The position numbers and the translations under genes are program-made. Of a stretch of 31,762 nucleotides of DNA, positions 1 through 7,019 are shown piece after piece. Numbering within the stretch: the stretch's first letter is position 1; every line of letters begins with the position of its first letter. Origin of the DNA: a virus (lineage: Duplodnaviria > Caudoviricetes); the IMG/VR virus record IMGVR_UViG_3300031694_000026, positions 1 through 31,762 of that record. The stretch is one strand, 5' to 3'. Below the pieces are notes generated by a model, which worked only from the letters and a program-made list of their open reading frames with translations, was not told the DNA's origin and did no database searches.

Positions 1-17
1 AAAATAAATAACTAATA

Positions 18-47
18 TCTATATATACATGCGTTTGCGGATTGCAA
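18..47 (-). promoter_or_regulatory. Possible host sigma70-type early promoter
   Basis: Minus strand reads TTGCAA-N16-TATATA (or N18-TATAGA) with an AT-rich upstream tract, pointing out of the window where early genes would follow. The -10 element lacks the -7 T. Confidence 0.3.
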
Positions 48-183
48 TAGCTAAAATGAAAAAAAAGTAAAATAATTTAAAATAAGCTATAAAAGCCTTA
101 TTCTATGCTATTTATAGGATAATATAGGAATATATAGTATTTAATAGGATTATCCCATTAAGGTTTAATATCCTGTAGCGTAT

Positions 184-532
184 CTATTATGGATATAGCT
201 ATTATGGATATGCTTTATTATCATTACTATTATAATATTATTGATGGTGTCTCTGGTGGTGTGCTTGTGGTGTACTTGTGGAGATACTTAGGAGATACCC
301 TGCGTAGGCTGTGTGTGATACCTGTGTAGATACCTGTGTGTGTTTCTTTTGTTTTCACTAGAATGGGAACTTTTATAATTAAATTGATATGACCACTGCC
401 CTGCGTCCTGCCATTGGTGTGGCTGTGCGTGGCTGTGTGTGGCTGTGATACTTAAAGAACTAGGCGTGTGCCTGTGAGTGTGTGCGTATATATAAAGAAC
501 TAGGCGTGTGCCTGTGCGTGTGGCTATGTGTG
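184..532. repeat. Array of short degenerate direct repeats in the terminal non-coding region
   Basis: CTATTATGGATAT at 184-196 and 199-211; ~11-12 bp units (GGTGTGCTTGT/GGTGTACTTGT/GGAGATAC, GATACCTGTGT) at about 258-340; GTGGCTGTG x3 with 10-bp period at 419-447; exact 24-mer TAAAGAACTAGGCGTGTGCCTGTG at 453-476 and 493-516. Confidence 0.85.
358..375 (-). promoter_or_regulatory. Candidate phage RNA polymerase promoter (phiOL/phiOR-like position)
   Basis: Minus strand TAAAAGTTCCCATTCTAG matches the WWAAAGTWCCCNTTYTAG motif also seen at 11613-11630 and 25858-25875. Confidence 0.6.
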
Positions 533-682
533 AAATAAAAAAACAGACTAGCTGAAGCACATACAATAATAAAAAGAATACGCCCACGCCACGCATAAGC
601 AAAGGATATGCTGTCCTTATAGTTAAAAAAAGCCCTTTAAAGCCTTGCTTTCTGTACTTTTCCCACGCTTCCACAGGTTATC

Positions 683-734
683 GAAGGGGGGAATTGACGT
701 TCTCTATATATCAAATACCCTTTCATATTTTTTT
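683..734 (-). other. Candidate terminal-repeat boundary / terminase cleavage signal
   Basis: Minus strand AAAAATATGAAAGGGTA|TTTGATATATAGAGAACGTCAATTCCCCCC lies directly after the last gene. The layout resembles the T7 terminal-repeat start as I recall it, and the stretch can also fold as an imperfect hairpin. Confidence 0.45.
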
Positions 735-1155
735 ATGAAATATTTCCCATACGCTCAGCCATACGCTTAGCCCTGTTTGGTGTCTGAACTGCCCACCTAC
801 TGTCTAACATCTCCTTACTTGCAGTGACATAGTCACTATCTTGGAGTGCTGAAAGCATACCATGAAACTTAGAAACACCATAGCTACCCATCTGGTAACA
901 CATTTCAACCACTATATGTCTAGCAGTGTCATGCACATTAGGAGATATCATTAGTAATTCTTCTGAACCTGAAACTGCTCTTGCAAAGTCTCTTTCAAAT
1001 AACTTATTCCACCCTGCCATGTCAGTAGGTACTTCTTCGCCCTCTAACATTTTGTGACCAAAGCCACCTGTAAGATGCCCTTCAGTGCAGTGGTAAGTCT
1101 CCATACGGAAGCCTTCTTCTTTCTTAATCTCTGCTTTAGTTTGTTCTATATCCAT
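733..1155 (-). CDS. Endolysin, T4-lysozyme-like (GH24) muramidase
   Basis: EEGFRMETYHCTEGHLTGGFGH (E-x8-C-x5-T catalytic spacing) and C-terminal ASKEMLDSRWAVQTPNRAKR, typical of T4 lysozyme homologues. Confidence 0.9.
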   Translation of the reverse strand: MDIEQTKAEIKKEEGFRMETYHCTEGHLTGGFGHKMLEGEEVPTDMAGWNKLFERDFARAVSGSEELLMISPNVHDTARHIVVEMCYQMGSYGVSKFHGMLSALQDSDYVTASKEMLDSRWAVQTPNRAKRMAERMGNIS

Positions 1156-2777
1156 CTTTGTTTTTCTCCTCTAATTCCAGTTGTGTGTTCCATAAATCTT
1201 TCCAAGTCTTTATCTAACAAGTCTTCTTTGTGTTGATTGTAAGATAATTGTTGGTCTCTATCTAAACGTGTCACCCAATAGTTTGCACAGATAGCTAATG
1301 CGTCTATAGCATCATCATGTCTAAGTGAACCTTTGTCTCTAGTAAGTCTTGTCATCTGTCTAAACAACTGATGGTCAGGCTCATTCTTAAAGTCTTCTTT
1401 AATTAGTAAATCATCTATGACTAACCTATGGCTATTCATTAAAGGCTCTAAGGTATCTATAATACGTTTCTCCTTTTGAATATTGTGTCTAACTTCCTCA
1501 ATCTCACATGGGTGTATCTTAGCCATGATAGGTTTAAGTAATTGTGTTGCCATACCGTCACCAAAGTTACTCTCGATAACCACATAGTTGACATCATGTT
1601 TTCTCGCAATGTGAGATAACTGAGACATGGTATTGTCTGAATATCCACCATCTAACGAGCCAACAGCAGTCAGATATAGCACTCCATGTAACATTTTAAG
1701 CACAGCGTAAGCTGTTTTGTCCTCACCTCGCCCACTAGGGTCAATCGACATACATGTGCCTTCAAACGGAGTAAATTCTTCACTCATGTGCATAGGGGCT
1801 ACAAAGTAGTCACCTTTAAGTCCTACATTAGGAATATCTGGGTCTATACCTTTCATTTGCTCTGGTGATGAAGCCCACTGTATTTTTGCAGGTGCATCTT
1901 TCCAAGTTGAACAACCTGAAGCTACTATTAAATCATTTAGTTTAAGAGGGTATCTATTTGCGTCAGACAAACTTGTATCTAACATAAATTGTAAATTAAA
2001 CCCTGAACGACCATAAGAAGCTAAACGCTCCATCAAATCTACGCCATCAAACCTTTTAGGGTCTGTAGGGTCTCCTTCTTTACCTACGATAATGTCAGCA
2101 AGTTTATTTCCGTAACCAACTGCTTGTGCTTTAGTTGGTACTAATGCTGTCCATATCTTTGTCTTAAAACCTCTTTCCTCTAATGTATTGTACAATGACA
2201 TTTCATTTTGAGGTGTACCTAGAAATATAATACGTCCTACTTCTGGTTTAATAATTGCATCAAATTCTTTTACAGTTTCACTTAATCTATCTCTCATAAG
2301 TTGCGTTTGGGAGTTATTCGCACTCTCAACGTCATCTGCAATAATTAAATCTGCTCTACTACCTGTTAACTGACCTGTGATACCCATAGATTTAACTGAG
2401 GGTGCATGACTGGCTGTAGCAGGTGCAACATCAAAACTAATCTTTGAATGTCTTTGGTTGTCTCTAGGAATTAGATGAGCCAGTAAAGGCATCTCTCCAA
2501 TTAATCTTTGTGTAAATGTACTGAAATCATCAGCCCTACTTTTAGATGCAGATACAACTAATATGTTTCTCTGCGGATTTAATAATAATTGGTGAACGAC
2601 AAACGCTGAAGTAATCCAAGATTTACCTACACCTCTAAACGCTTCGATAACTAATCTTTTTTCTTTAGCCTGTAGATAGTCTGCGATATCGTATTGTATT
2701 GGTGTTGGTTCAGGTAAGTTTAAATGCTTCCAACATAAATATAGAAAATTTTTAAAGTTCTTTAATCTATTGTCCAT
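1146..2777 (-). CDS. terL: Terminase large subunit (T7 gp19-like)
   Basis: Walker A AFRGVGKS, Walker B IIADDVE, nuclease motifs IDPSGRG and HDDAIDAL. Start placed at MDNRLK (2777); the ORF track extends it to 2801. Confidence 0.96.
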   Translation of the reverse strand: MDNRLKNFKNFLYLCWKHLNLPEPTPIQYDIADYLQAKEKRLVIEAFRGVGKSWITSAFVVHQLLLNPQRNILVVSASKSRADDFSTFTQRLIGEMPLLAHLIPRDNQRHSKISFDVAPATASHAPSVKSMGITGQLTGSRADLIIADDVESANNSQTQLMRDRLSETVKEFDAIIKPEVGRIIFLGTPQNEMSLYNTLEERGFKTKIWTALVPTKAQAVGYGNKLADIIVGKEGDPTDPKRFDGVDLMERLASYGRSGFNLQFMLDTSLSDANRYPLKLNDLIVASGCSTWKDAPAKIQWASSPEQMKGIDPDIPNVGLKGDYFVAPMHMSEEFTPFEGTCMSIDPSGRGEDKTAYAVLKMLHGVLYLTAVGSLDGGYSDNTMSQLSHIARKHDVNYVVIESNFGDGMATQLLKPIMAKIHPCEIEEVRHNIQKEKRIIDTLEPLMNSHRLVIDDLLIKEDFKNEPDHQLFRQMTRLTRDKGSLRHDDAIDALAICANYWVTRLDRDQQLSYNQHKEDLLDKDLERFMEHTTGIRGEKQRWI

Positions 2778-3027
2778 CTGTATCAAACGGTATGTCATCA
2801 AGAATGTTATCTTCCTTTTTAGTCAAAGGTTCTGTGCTGTAAGTTTTACAAACTTCTAAACACACTTTCATTTCTGATGCCGTTAGTTCGTCTCCTGATT
2901 TTAATTTATTGTATGCGTGAGTTACTAATAACTGTGGCAACTCTTTTATAATATTGGTTAAACTATTGCGGTCTTCCTTGTCGGTTGTACTTTTTAAAGG
3001 TACTTCCTTTGTTTCTTGACTTGGCAT
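2767..3027 (-). CDS. terS: Probable terminase small subunit (T7 gp18 position)
   Basis: Small helical protein directly upstream of and overlapping terL, ending in acidic ILDDIPF. SD-like AAGGAC precedes ATG 3027; the ORF track start is 3066. Confidence 0.65.
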   Translation of the reverse strand: MPSQETKEVPLKSTTDKEDRNSLTNIIKELPQLLVTHAYNKLKSGDELTASEMKVCLEVCKTYSTEPLTKKEDNILDDIPFDTDGQ

Positions 3028-3085
3028 GTTGTCCTTTTCTTTTTTTCGGTTTTTCTCTAGGAACATAAGACTTGGCTGTTTTCAT
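2963..3085 (-). CDS. 40-aa highly basic microprotein (not in ORF track)
   Basis: Manual translation MKTAKSYVPREKPKKRKGQHAKSRNKGSTFKKYNRQGRPQ*. The ATG is 3 nt after the upstream stop, and the ORF overlaps terS in another frame. Confidence 0.65.
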   Translation of the reverse strand: MKTAKSYVPREKPKKRKGQHAKSRNKGSTFKKYNRQGRPQ

Positions 3086-3088
3086 GTT

Positions 3089-3385
3089 CTACTGAAGAGG
3101 ATTTTTTGACTGTTCTTTCATCTCTTCAATAAGTAGATTTAATAAGTCTATACTTTTTTTATTAATTGCTATGTCAGTGTGATTGTGTCTTGTATCAACA
3201 CTTTCTAGTGCTTTAACTTTTTCTTTAAGTACAGCAACGATAGATAAATCAACTGTTTTAGATGAATTTTCTAACACATCTATCTTAGTCATAACTTCAC
3301 CGTATTTTATAAATCCTGCTCCTATACTTCCTATAAGTCCAATCAGAACTACAATGTTAGTTAAGTTATTCTTTAGTTTATCCAT
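3089..3385 (-). CDS. Hypothetical membrane protein (N-terminal TM plus coiled coil)
   Basis: Hydrophobic IVVLIGLIGSIGAGFI followed by a heptad-like helical region. Confidence 0.8.
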   Translation of the reverse strand: MDKLKNNLTNIVVLIGLIGSIGAGFIKYGEVMTKIDVLENSSKTVDLSIVAVLKEKVKALESVDTRHNHTDIAINKKSIDLLNLLIEEMKEQSKNPLQ

Positions 3386-3477
3386 GCAATCACTATGAGA
3401 ATTGCTACTGCAATCATAAACGGTTTATGGTCATTCCATAGGTGTATTAATTGTGTCTTAATTATTTTTTTATCCAT
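3373..3477 (-). CDS. 34-aa single-TM microprotein (not in ORF track)
   Basis: Manual translation MDKKIIKTQLIHLWNDHKPFMIAVAILIVIAWIN*. Fills the gap and overlaps both neighbours. Confidence 0.65.
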   Translation of the reverse strand: MDKKIIKTQLIHLWNDHKPFMIAVAILIVIAWIN

Positions 3478-4951
3478 TTTGTAATTCCCTTATTTCTATT
3501 AATAGTTTTTGTTTTTTATAATTAATTTGTTCTAATTTTCTTTCTTTGATAACCAATGGGTCATTTGCTGTGTAAACATCTAGGTTTATATCCGCATAGA
3601 TAAGTCTGTTATCAAGCATGAAATCTTGATTTAGATAAATATTCTTTGGTTTATAAAATTCTATATTTGTGTACGCAACTAACGACACCTCATCTTTAAG
3701 CATGGCATCTAGTTTAAGTAAGCTCTTAACCTCAAGATTTTTTGAGACATCTTTTACTACAACATCAACTTTATCTAATTTGTCTGATAAAGAAGCTACT
3801 TTAGTTTTCTTTTCTGTTTTTACTTTTTTGGTTTGTATGGCTTTGGTTTGTAAGGTTTTGGTTTCTTTTTCATCTGTTTCCTTTTCCGTTATTGTTTTTT
3901 TAACTTCTTCTTTTTCTTCAGTTTCTTTTTTAACCATCTGCACTACTTCTTTAGCAATGCTTTCAATAGTTTCTTCTTTTTTAACTTCTTCAATTACTTT
4001 ATTAACGACATTAGTATTTACTGGATTTGAAGTTTTAACATAAACCTTCATTTCTTCTGTAAACTCTACTTCGATTTTTGTATTTTCTGGTACACCACTC
4101 TCATATATTTTCATGGCAATCTTTTCTTCTATGCCAGAAATAACGTCCCAGATTTGGTTCTCATTTAAGTCTTTAGTTCCAAGAGCCTCATTTATATCTA
4201 GTTGTTCTTGCACTGTTAAAGGAGAATAATCTTCTGTTGGAAATTCATAAAGTAACTCAGCACCTAATAAATTTACACCACTCAATGCGGTAGAACTTAA
4301 AGCACTATCATTACCTTGCCATTCCCATTCATAACTATAAGCACCAGTGCCATTATAAATTAGATTGTCATTAAAATGCTTAGAATTATTATTGTACCCT
4401 GCATCATCTATTCTTGTTGTAGTCATGGTTGCTAGAGTATTCCCATCTTTATCTTTAATAGATTGTTTTAAAATAAAACTATCCATTTCACCTTCTTTCG
4501 TCCCACAACTGAAAGCACTTGTAGAACTCTCACAATTTTGAATCGAAATACCTGAAGTTAACTGCACTCCTCCGTTGTTTTTCTCAACTGTACTTGTGTA
4601 GCTAGTCCCTGCATCATCTGTACCAGTAAGGTTTAAAAGTGAACCTGAAGCTGAGACTTTCATGTCTCTCGAACTTTCTAATTCACCATTGAATGCTTGT
4701 CCGCAATTTCCTGAAATTTGTGTTTCACAAGTAATTGTAAACCCATTGTGCGTAGAATTGTTTCCTAAATTACTTGAAGTTGTACTGACACCATCAATGT
4801 TAAAATTATCTTGTGAAGATGATGTTGTCCCTGCGTTTGGCAGAATGTTTGTAGTATAAGCTGTATCATTTTCGTCTGTTAATCCTACGGAACTAGCGAA
4901 CCAACTTAACATTAACCAAAGGAATACTCCTAAGACTATGATTATTCTCAT
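3470..4951 (-). CDS. Hypothetical exported or membrane-anchored protein, 493 aa
   Basis: N-terminal hydrophobic signal/anchor, S/T/N/G-rich domain with two close Cys pairs, K/E/T-rich linker, coiled-coil C-terminus. Confidence 0.85.
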   Translation of the reverse strand: MRIIIVLGVFLWLMLSWFASSVGLTDENDTAYTTNILPNAGTTSSSQDNFNIDGVSTTSSNLGNNSTHNGFTITCETQISGNCGQAFNGELESSRDMKVSASGSLLNLTGTDDAGTSYTSTVEKNNGGVQLTSGISIQNCESSTSAFSCGTKEGEMDSFILKQSIKDKDGNTLATMTTTRIDDAGYNNNSKHFNDNLIYNGTGAYSYEWEWQGNDSALSSTALSGVNLLGAELLYEFPTEDYSPLTVQEQLDINEALGTKDLNENQIWDVISGIEEKIAMKIYESGVPENTKIEVEFTEEMKVYVKTSNPVNTNVVNKVIEEVKKEETIESIAKEVVQMVKKETEEKEEVKKTITEKETDEKETKTLQTKAIQTKKVKTEKKTKVASLSDKLDKVDVVVKDVSKNLEVKSLLKLDAMLKDEVSLVAYTNIEFYKPKNIYLNQDFMLDNRLIYADINLDVYTANDPLVIKERKLEQINYKKQKLLIEIRELQNG

Positions 4952-5130
4952 TTTATTTTATCCATATGATAATAAATACGACCTATAACTTTTTCAAACC
5001 CCATTAACTCTTGCTGTATCATGTGTACTAAAACTTGGATTTCCACGAGTGTGATTACAACCCATGTGCTAAGTCCCATAAGAATTGTTCCAAGCAAAGC
5101 AATTAATGCTGTGTTTGTTTTTCTGTTCAT
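4948..5130 (-). CDS. Small hypothetical membrane protein
   Basis: Basic N-terminus followed by ALIALLGTILMGLSTWVVITLV; start/stop overlaps on both sides. Confidence 0.75.
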   Translation of the reverse strand: MNRKTNTALIALLGTILMGLSTWVVITLVEIQVLVHMIQQELMGFEKVIGRIYYHMDKIK

Positions 5131-5732
5131 TATCTAACTATGATTGGTTTTAATTTTTTTATTTTAATTGTTTTCTTTTTCTTTTTTTCTAACTCCACCC
5201 ATTTTTTATAGGTAGGCATTTGATAATTATATTTCTCTGCAATTAATTTTAAACTTTCTTTTCCAATTTTCCCATCTGTAGGACATGGAGTTCCTGCTGA
5301 TAAAAATGCTTCCCATACTCTTTTATCTTGGCAAAGGATTGCGATTGAAGCAACTTTCATTCCTACATTTCTAAGTGCTGTAGATAAAGCTATAAGTTCA
5401 CATGTTCGGTCAACGTAACTTTTTCCGCCACTCACTCCAATAGAAAATGTTTGAATACCGCCAGACAAAGCCATTGCACAATTATTTGATGTGTTCATGC
5501 TTGGTGCAGAAGATGTATAAGGTGCTGACTTCATGTTTGAAGTAGATGTTGAATTTGTTGTAGATGTTGATGTGCTTCCGCTTTCGTAAGTTGTTGCACC
5601 ACCTGTGTAACTTCCTTCTATTGCAGTATTTGAACCACTAGAATTTGTTTGATTTCCAACTGCATTTGCAACTGTAGATGTAATTAAACCTATCCACATA
5701 ATAACTAACGCACTGTAAATTATTCGGTTCAT
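5130..5732 (-). CDS. Hypothetical secreted Cys-containing protein, 200 aa
   Basis: Signal peptide ending ANA, S/T-rich linker, four Cys including GMKVASIAILCQD and AGTPCP, Lys-rich tail. Confidence 0.85.
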   Translation of the reverse strand: MNRIIYSALVIMWIGLITSTVANAVGNQTNSSGSNTAIEGSYTGGATTYESGSTSTSTTNSTSTSNMKSAPYTSSAPSMNTSNNCAMALSGGIQTFSIGVSGGKSYVDRTCELIALSTALRNVGMKVASIAILCQDKRVWEAFLSAGTPCPTDGKIGKESLKLIAEKYNYQMPTYKKWVELEKKKKKTIKIKKLKPIIVR

Positions 5733-5845
5733 TTTTTCTTTTTTTTCTGTTGGTTGATGTCAAAATTCATAACTGCTTCTACTTTTTCATTTAATCTGTC
5801 AAAAAATTCAAATACGGTGATAAAAATTTTATCTATTATTCTCAT
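5729..5845 (-). CDS. 38-aa amphipathic microprotein (not in ORF track)
   Basis: Manual translation MRIIDKIFITVFEFFDRLNEKVEAVMNFDINQQKKKKK*. TAATG overlap upstream and ATGA overlap downstream fill the gap exactly. Confidence 0.7.
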   Translation of the reverse strand: MRIIDKIFITVFEFFDRLNEKVEAVMNFDINQQKKKKK

Positions 5846-6180
5846 TAATTGCTTTTCTGTATTAAAAAATTTTTAAAATCTATTTCTAATTGTTTTACTT
5901 TATCTTCAAGCCTATCCATCTTGTCATTAGCAACAATGGTATTACCTTTGTTTTTCTCTATGTTTAATAATAAATGATTTTGATTTTCTTGTATTCTAGC
6001 AATGTATGTTTTGAAATTAAAAAGATGAGTATCGTTAATTATTAAAATTGCAGTTTTATTTTTATCAATAGTTTCCGTTAAAGATACTATATATCTAACA
6101 CCTGTAAACGTTCCAACCAAAATAGAAATAACTACAGGTATCATTACAAAATTCTTTTTTAATAATTCTGAAACATTCAT
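5845..6180 (-). CDS. Hypothetical membrane protein (N-terminal TM plus coiled coil)
   Basis: FVMIPVVISILVGTFTGV hydrophobic segment and C-terminal heptads (MDRLEDKVKQLEIDF). Confidence 0.8.
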   Translation of the reverse strand: MNVSELLKKNFVMIPVVISILVGTFTGVRYIVSLTETIDKNKTAILIINDTHLFNFKTYIARIQENQNHLLLNIEKNKGNTIVANDKMDRLEDKVKQLEIDFKNFLIQKSN

Positions 6181-6530
6181 TTCTTTTTCATTTTATTCAT
6201 TGTAGTCACACCAAATGACGCTCCTACGATTGTCAAAATTATGTAAAAAAACATTGGGTCAGCATATTCTAAAATTTCCCACCCTCTTTGCATTGTGTCC
6301 TGAGTGTACGGAATGAAATGGAGTGCCATTAAAACTGTAAAAAATAAACATAACCATTCATCTTTTAGTGAATGCTCTTGCTGTTTGATTTGTTCTATTG
6401 AAATTTGAGATGCCGCATCTAATTCTTTTTCTCTTACAATTTTATCTTTAGCTAATTTGTGAGAAATTGCTCCAAATGTTTTTTCTGCTATGATTTTTGT
6501 AAGAGGGTTTTTAAGTAATGCAAACCACAT
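6177..6530 (-). CDS. Putative holin (GTA 3TM-holin-like)
   Basis: KDEW motif before two TM segments, ending IVGASFG plus a basic tail; located after the tail fibres like T7 gp17.5. Confidence 0.65.
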   Translation of the reverse strand: MWFALLKNPLTKIIAEKTFGAISHKLAKDKIVREKELDAASQISIEQIKQQEHSLKDEWLCLFFTVLMALHFIPYTQDTMQRGWEILEYADPMFFYIILTIVGASFGVTTMNKMKKK

Positions 6531-6766
6531 TAGCTGAAGTAATTAAACGCTCCAGTGACTATACCACTAATAACTAGCAGTACCCACAACGCTCCCTTTC
6601 CTTTATTTATATCCGCTCTTAAAGTTTTAATTTCTTTTTGTGTTTCTTCTAATGCTTTAAGAATGTTGTTCATTCGTTCAGCACAAAGTTTTTCATGGCT
6701 TGAAAGTCTAACCCCAGTTGTTTGCTCTGCATACATATGCACAGGGTTAACTTTTTTTCTAGCCAT
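6530..6766 (-). CDS. Hypothetical coiled-coil protein with C-terminal TM anchor
   Basis: HEKLCAERM, heptad repeat, then ALWVLLVISGIVTGAF. Confidence 0.8.
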   Translation of the reverse strand: MARKKVNPVHMYAEQTTGVRLSSHEKLCAERMNNILKALEETQKEIKTLRADINKGKGALWVLLVISGIVTGAFNYFS

Positions 6767-6773
6767 TTAAATA

Positions 6774-7010
6774 TTATTCGCTTGGTGCGAAACCAGTCAT
6801 TGCTGTCGCTTCTGCTTGTGTTAAACCTAAGTCTAATAATTTAGTGTTACCACTTGCTTGTGCTGTAGCTTTAGCTGTTTTAGCATCTTTTTCTGCTTGT
6901 TTTTTAGTTTCATAATCTGCATTATCAATTTTTCTTTGTGATATTTCTTCAGCAGTTAAATCAACTTCTATTCCATTTGGATTTTCAGCATTTATTATTA
7001 TTTTTTTCAT
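6774..7010 (-). CDS. Putative tail-fibre chaperone/accessory protein 2
   Basis: Follows a fibre gene. Its C-terminus ASGNTKLLDLGLTQAEATAMTGF is nearly identical to that of 8020..8304. Confidence 0.6.
   Translation of the reverse strand: MKKIIINAENPNGIEVDLTAEEISQRKIDNADYETKKQAEKDAKTAKATAQASGNTKLLDLGLTQAEATAMTGFAPSE
6783..6859. repeat. Direct repeat B, copy 2 (paired with 8026-8102)
   Basis: Manual ungapped alignment: 70/77 identical. Confidence 0.92.
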
Positions 7011-7019
7011 ATTTTTCTC

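Noticed and set aside
419-532. Possible mini-CRISPR (24-bp repeat x2)
   Set aside because: Only two copies, a 16-bp low-complexity spacer, no palindrome and no cas genes.
288-674. 128-aa minus-strand ORF
   Set aside because: It runs through the repeat array and a promoter motif, and its H/T/R-biased sequence mirrors the CA-rich repeats. Probably not coding, though T7 does have small ORFs near its ends.
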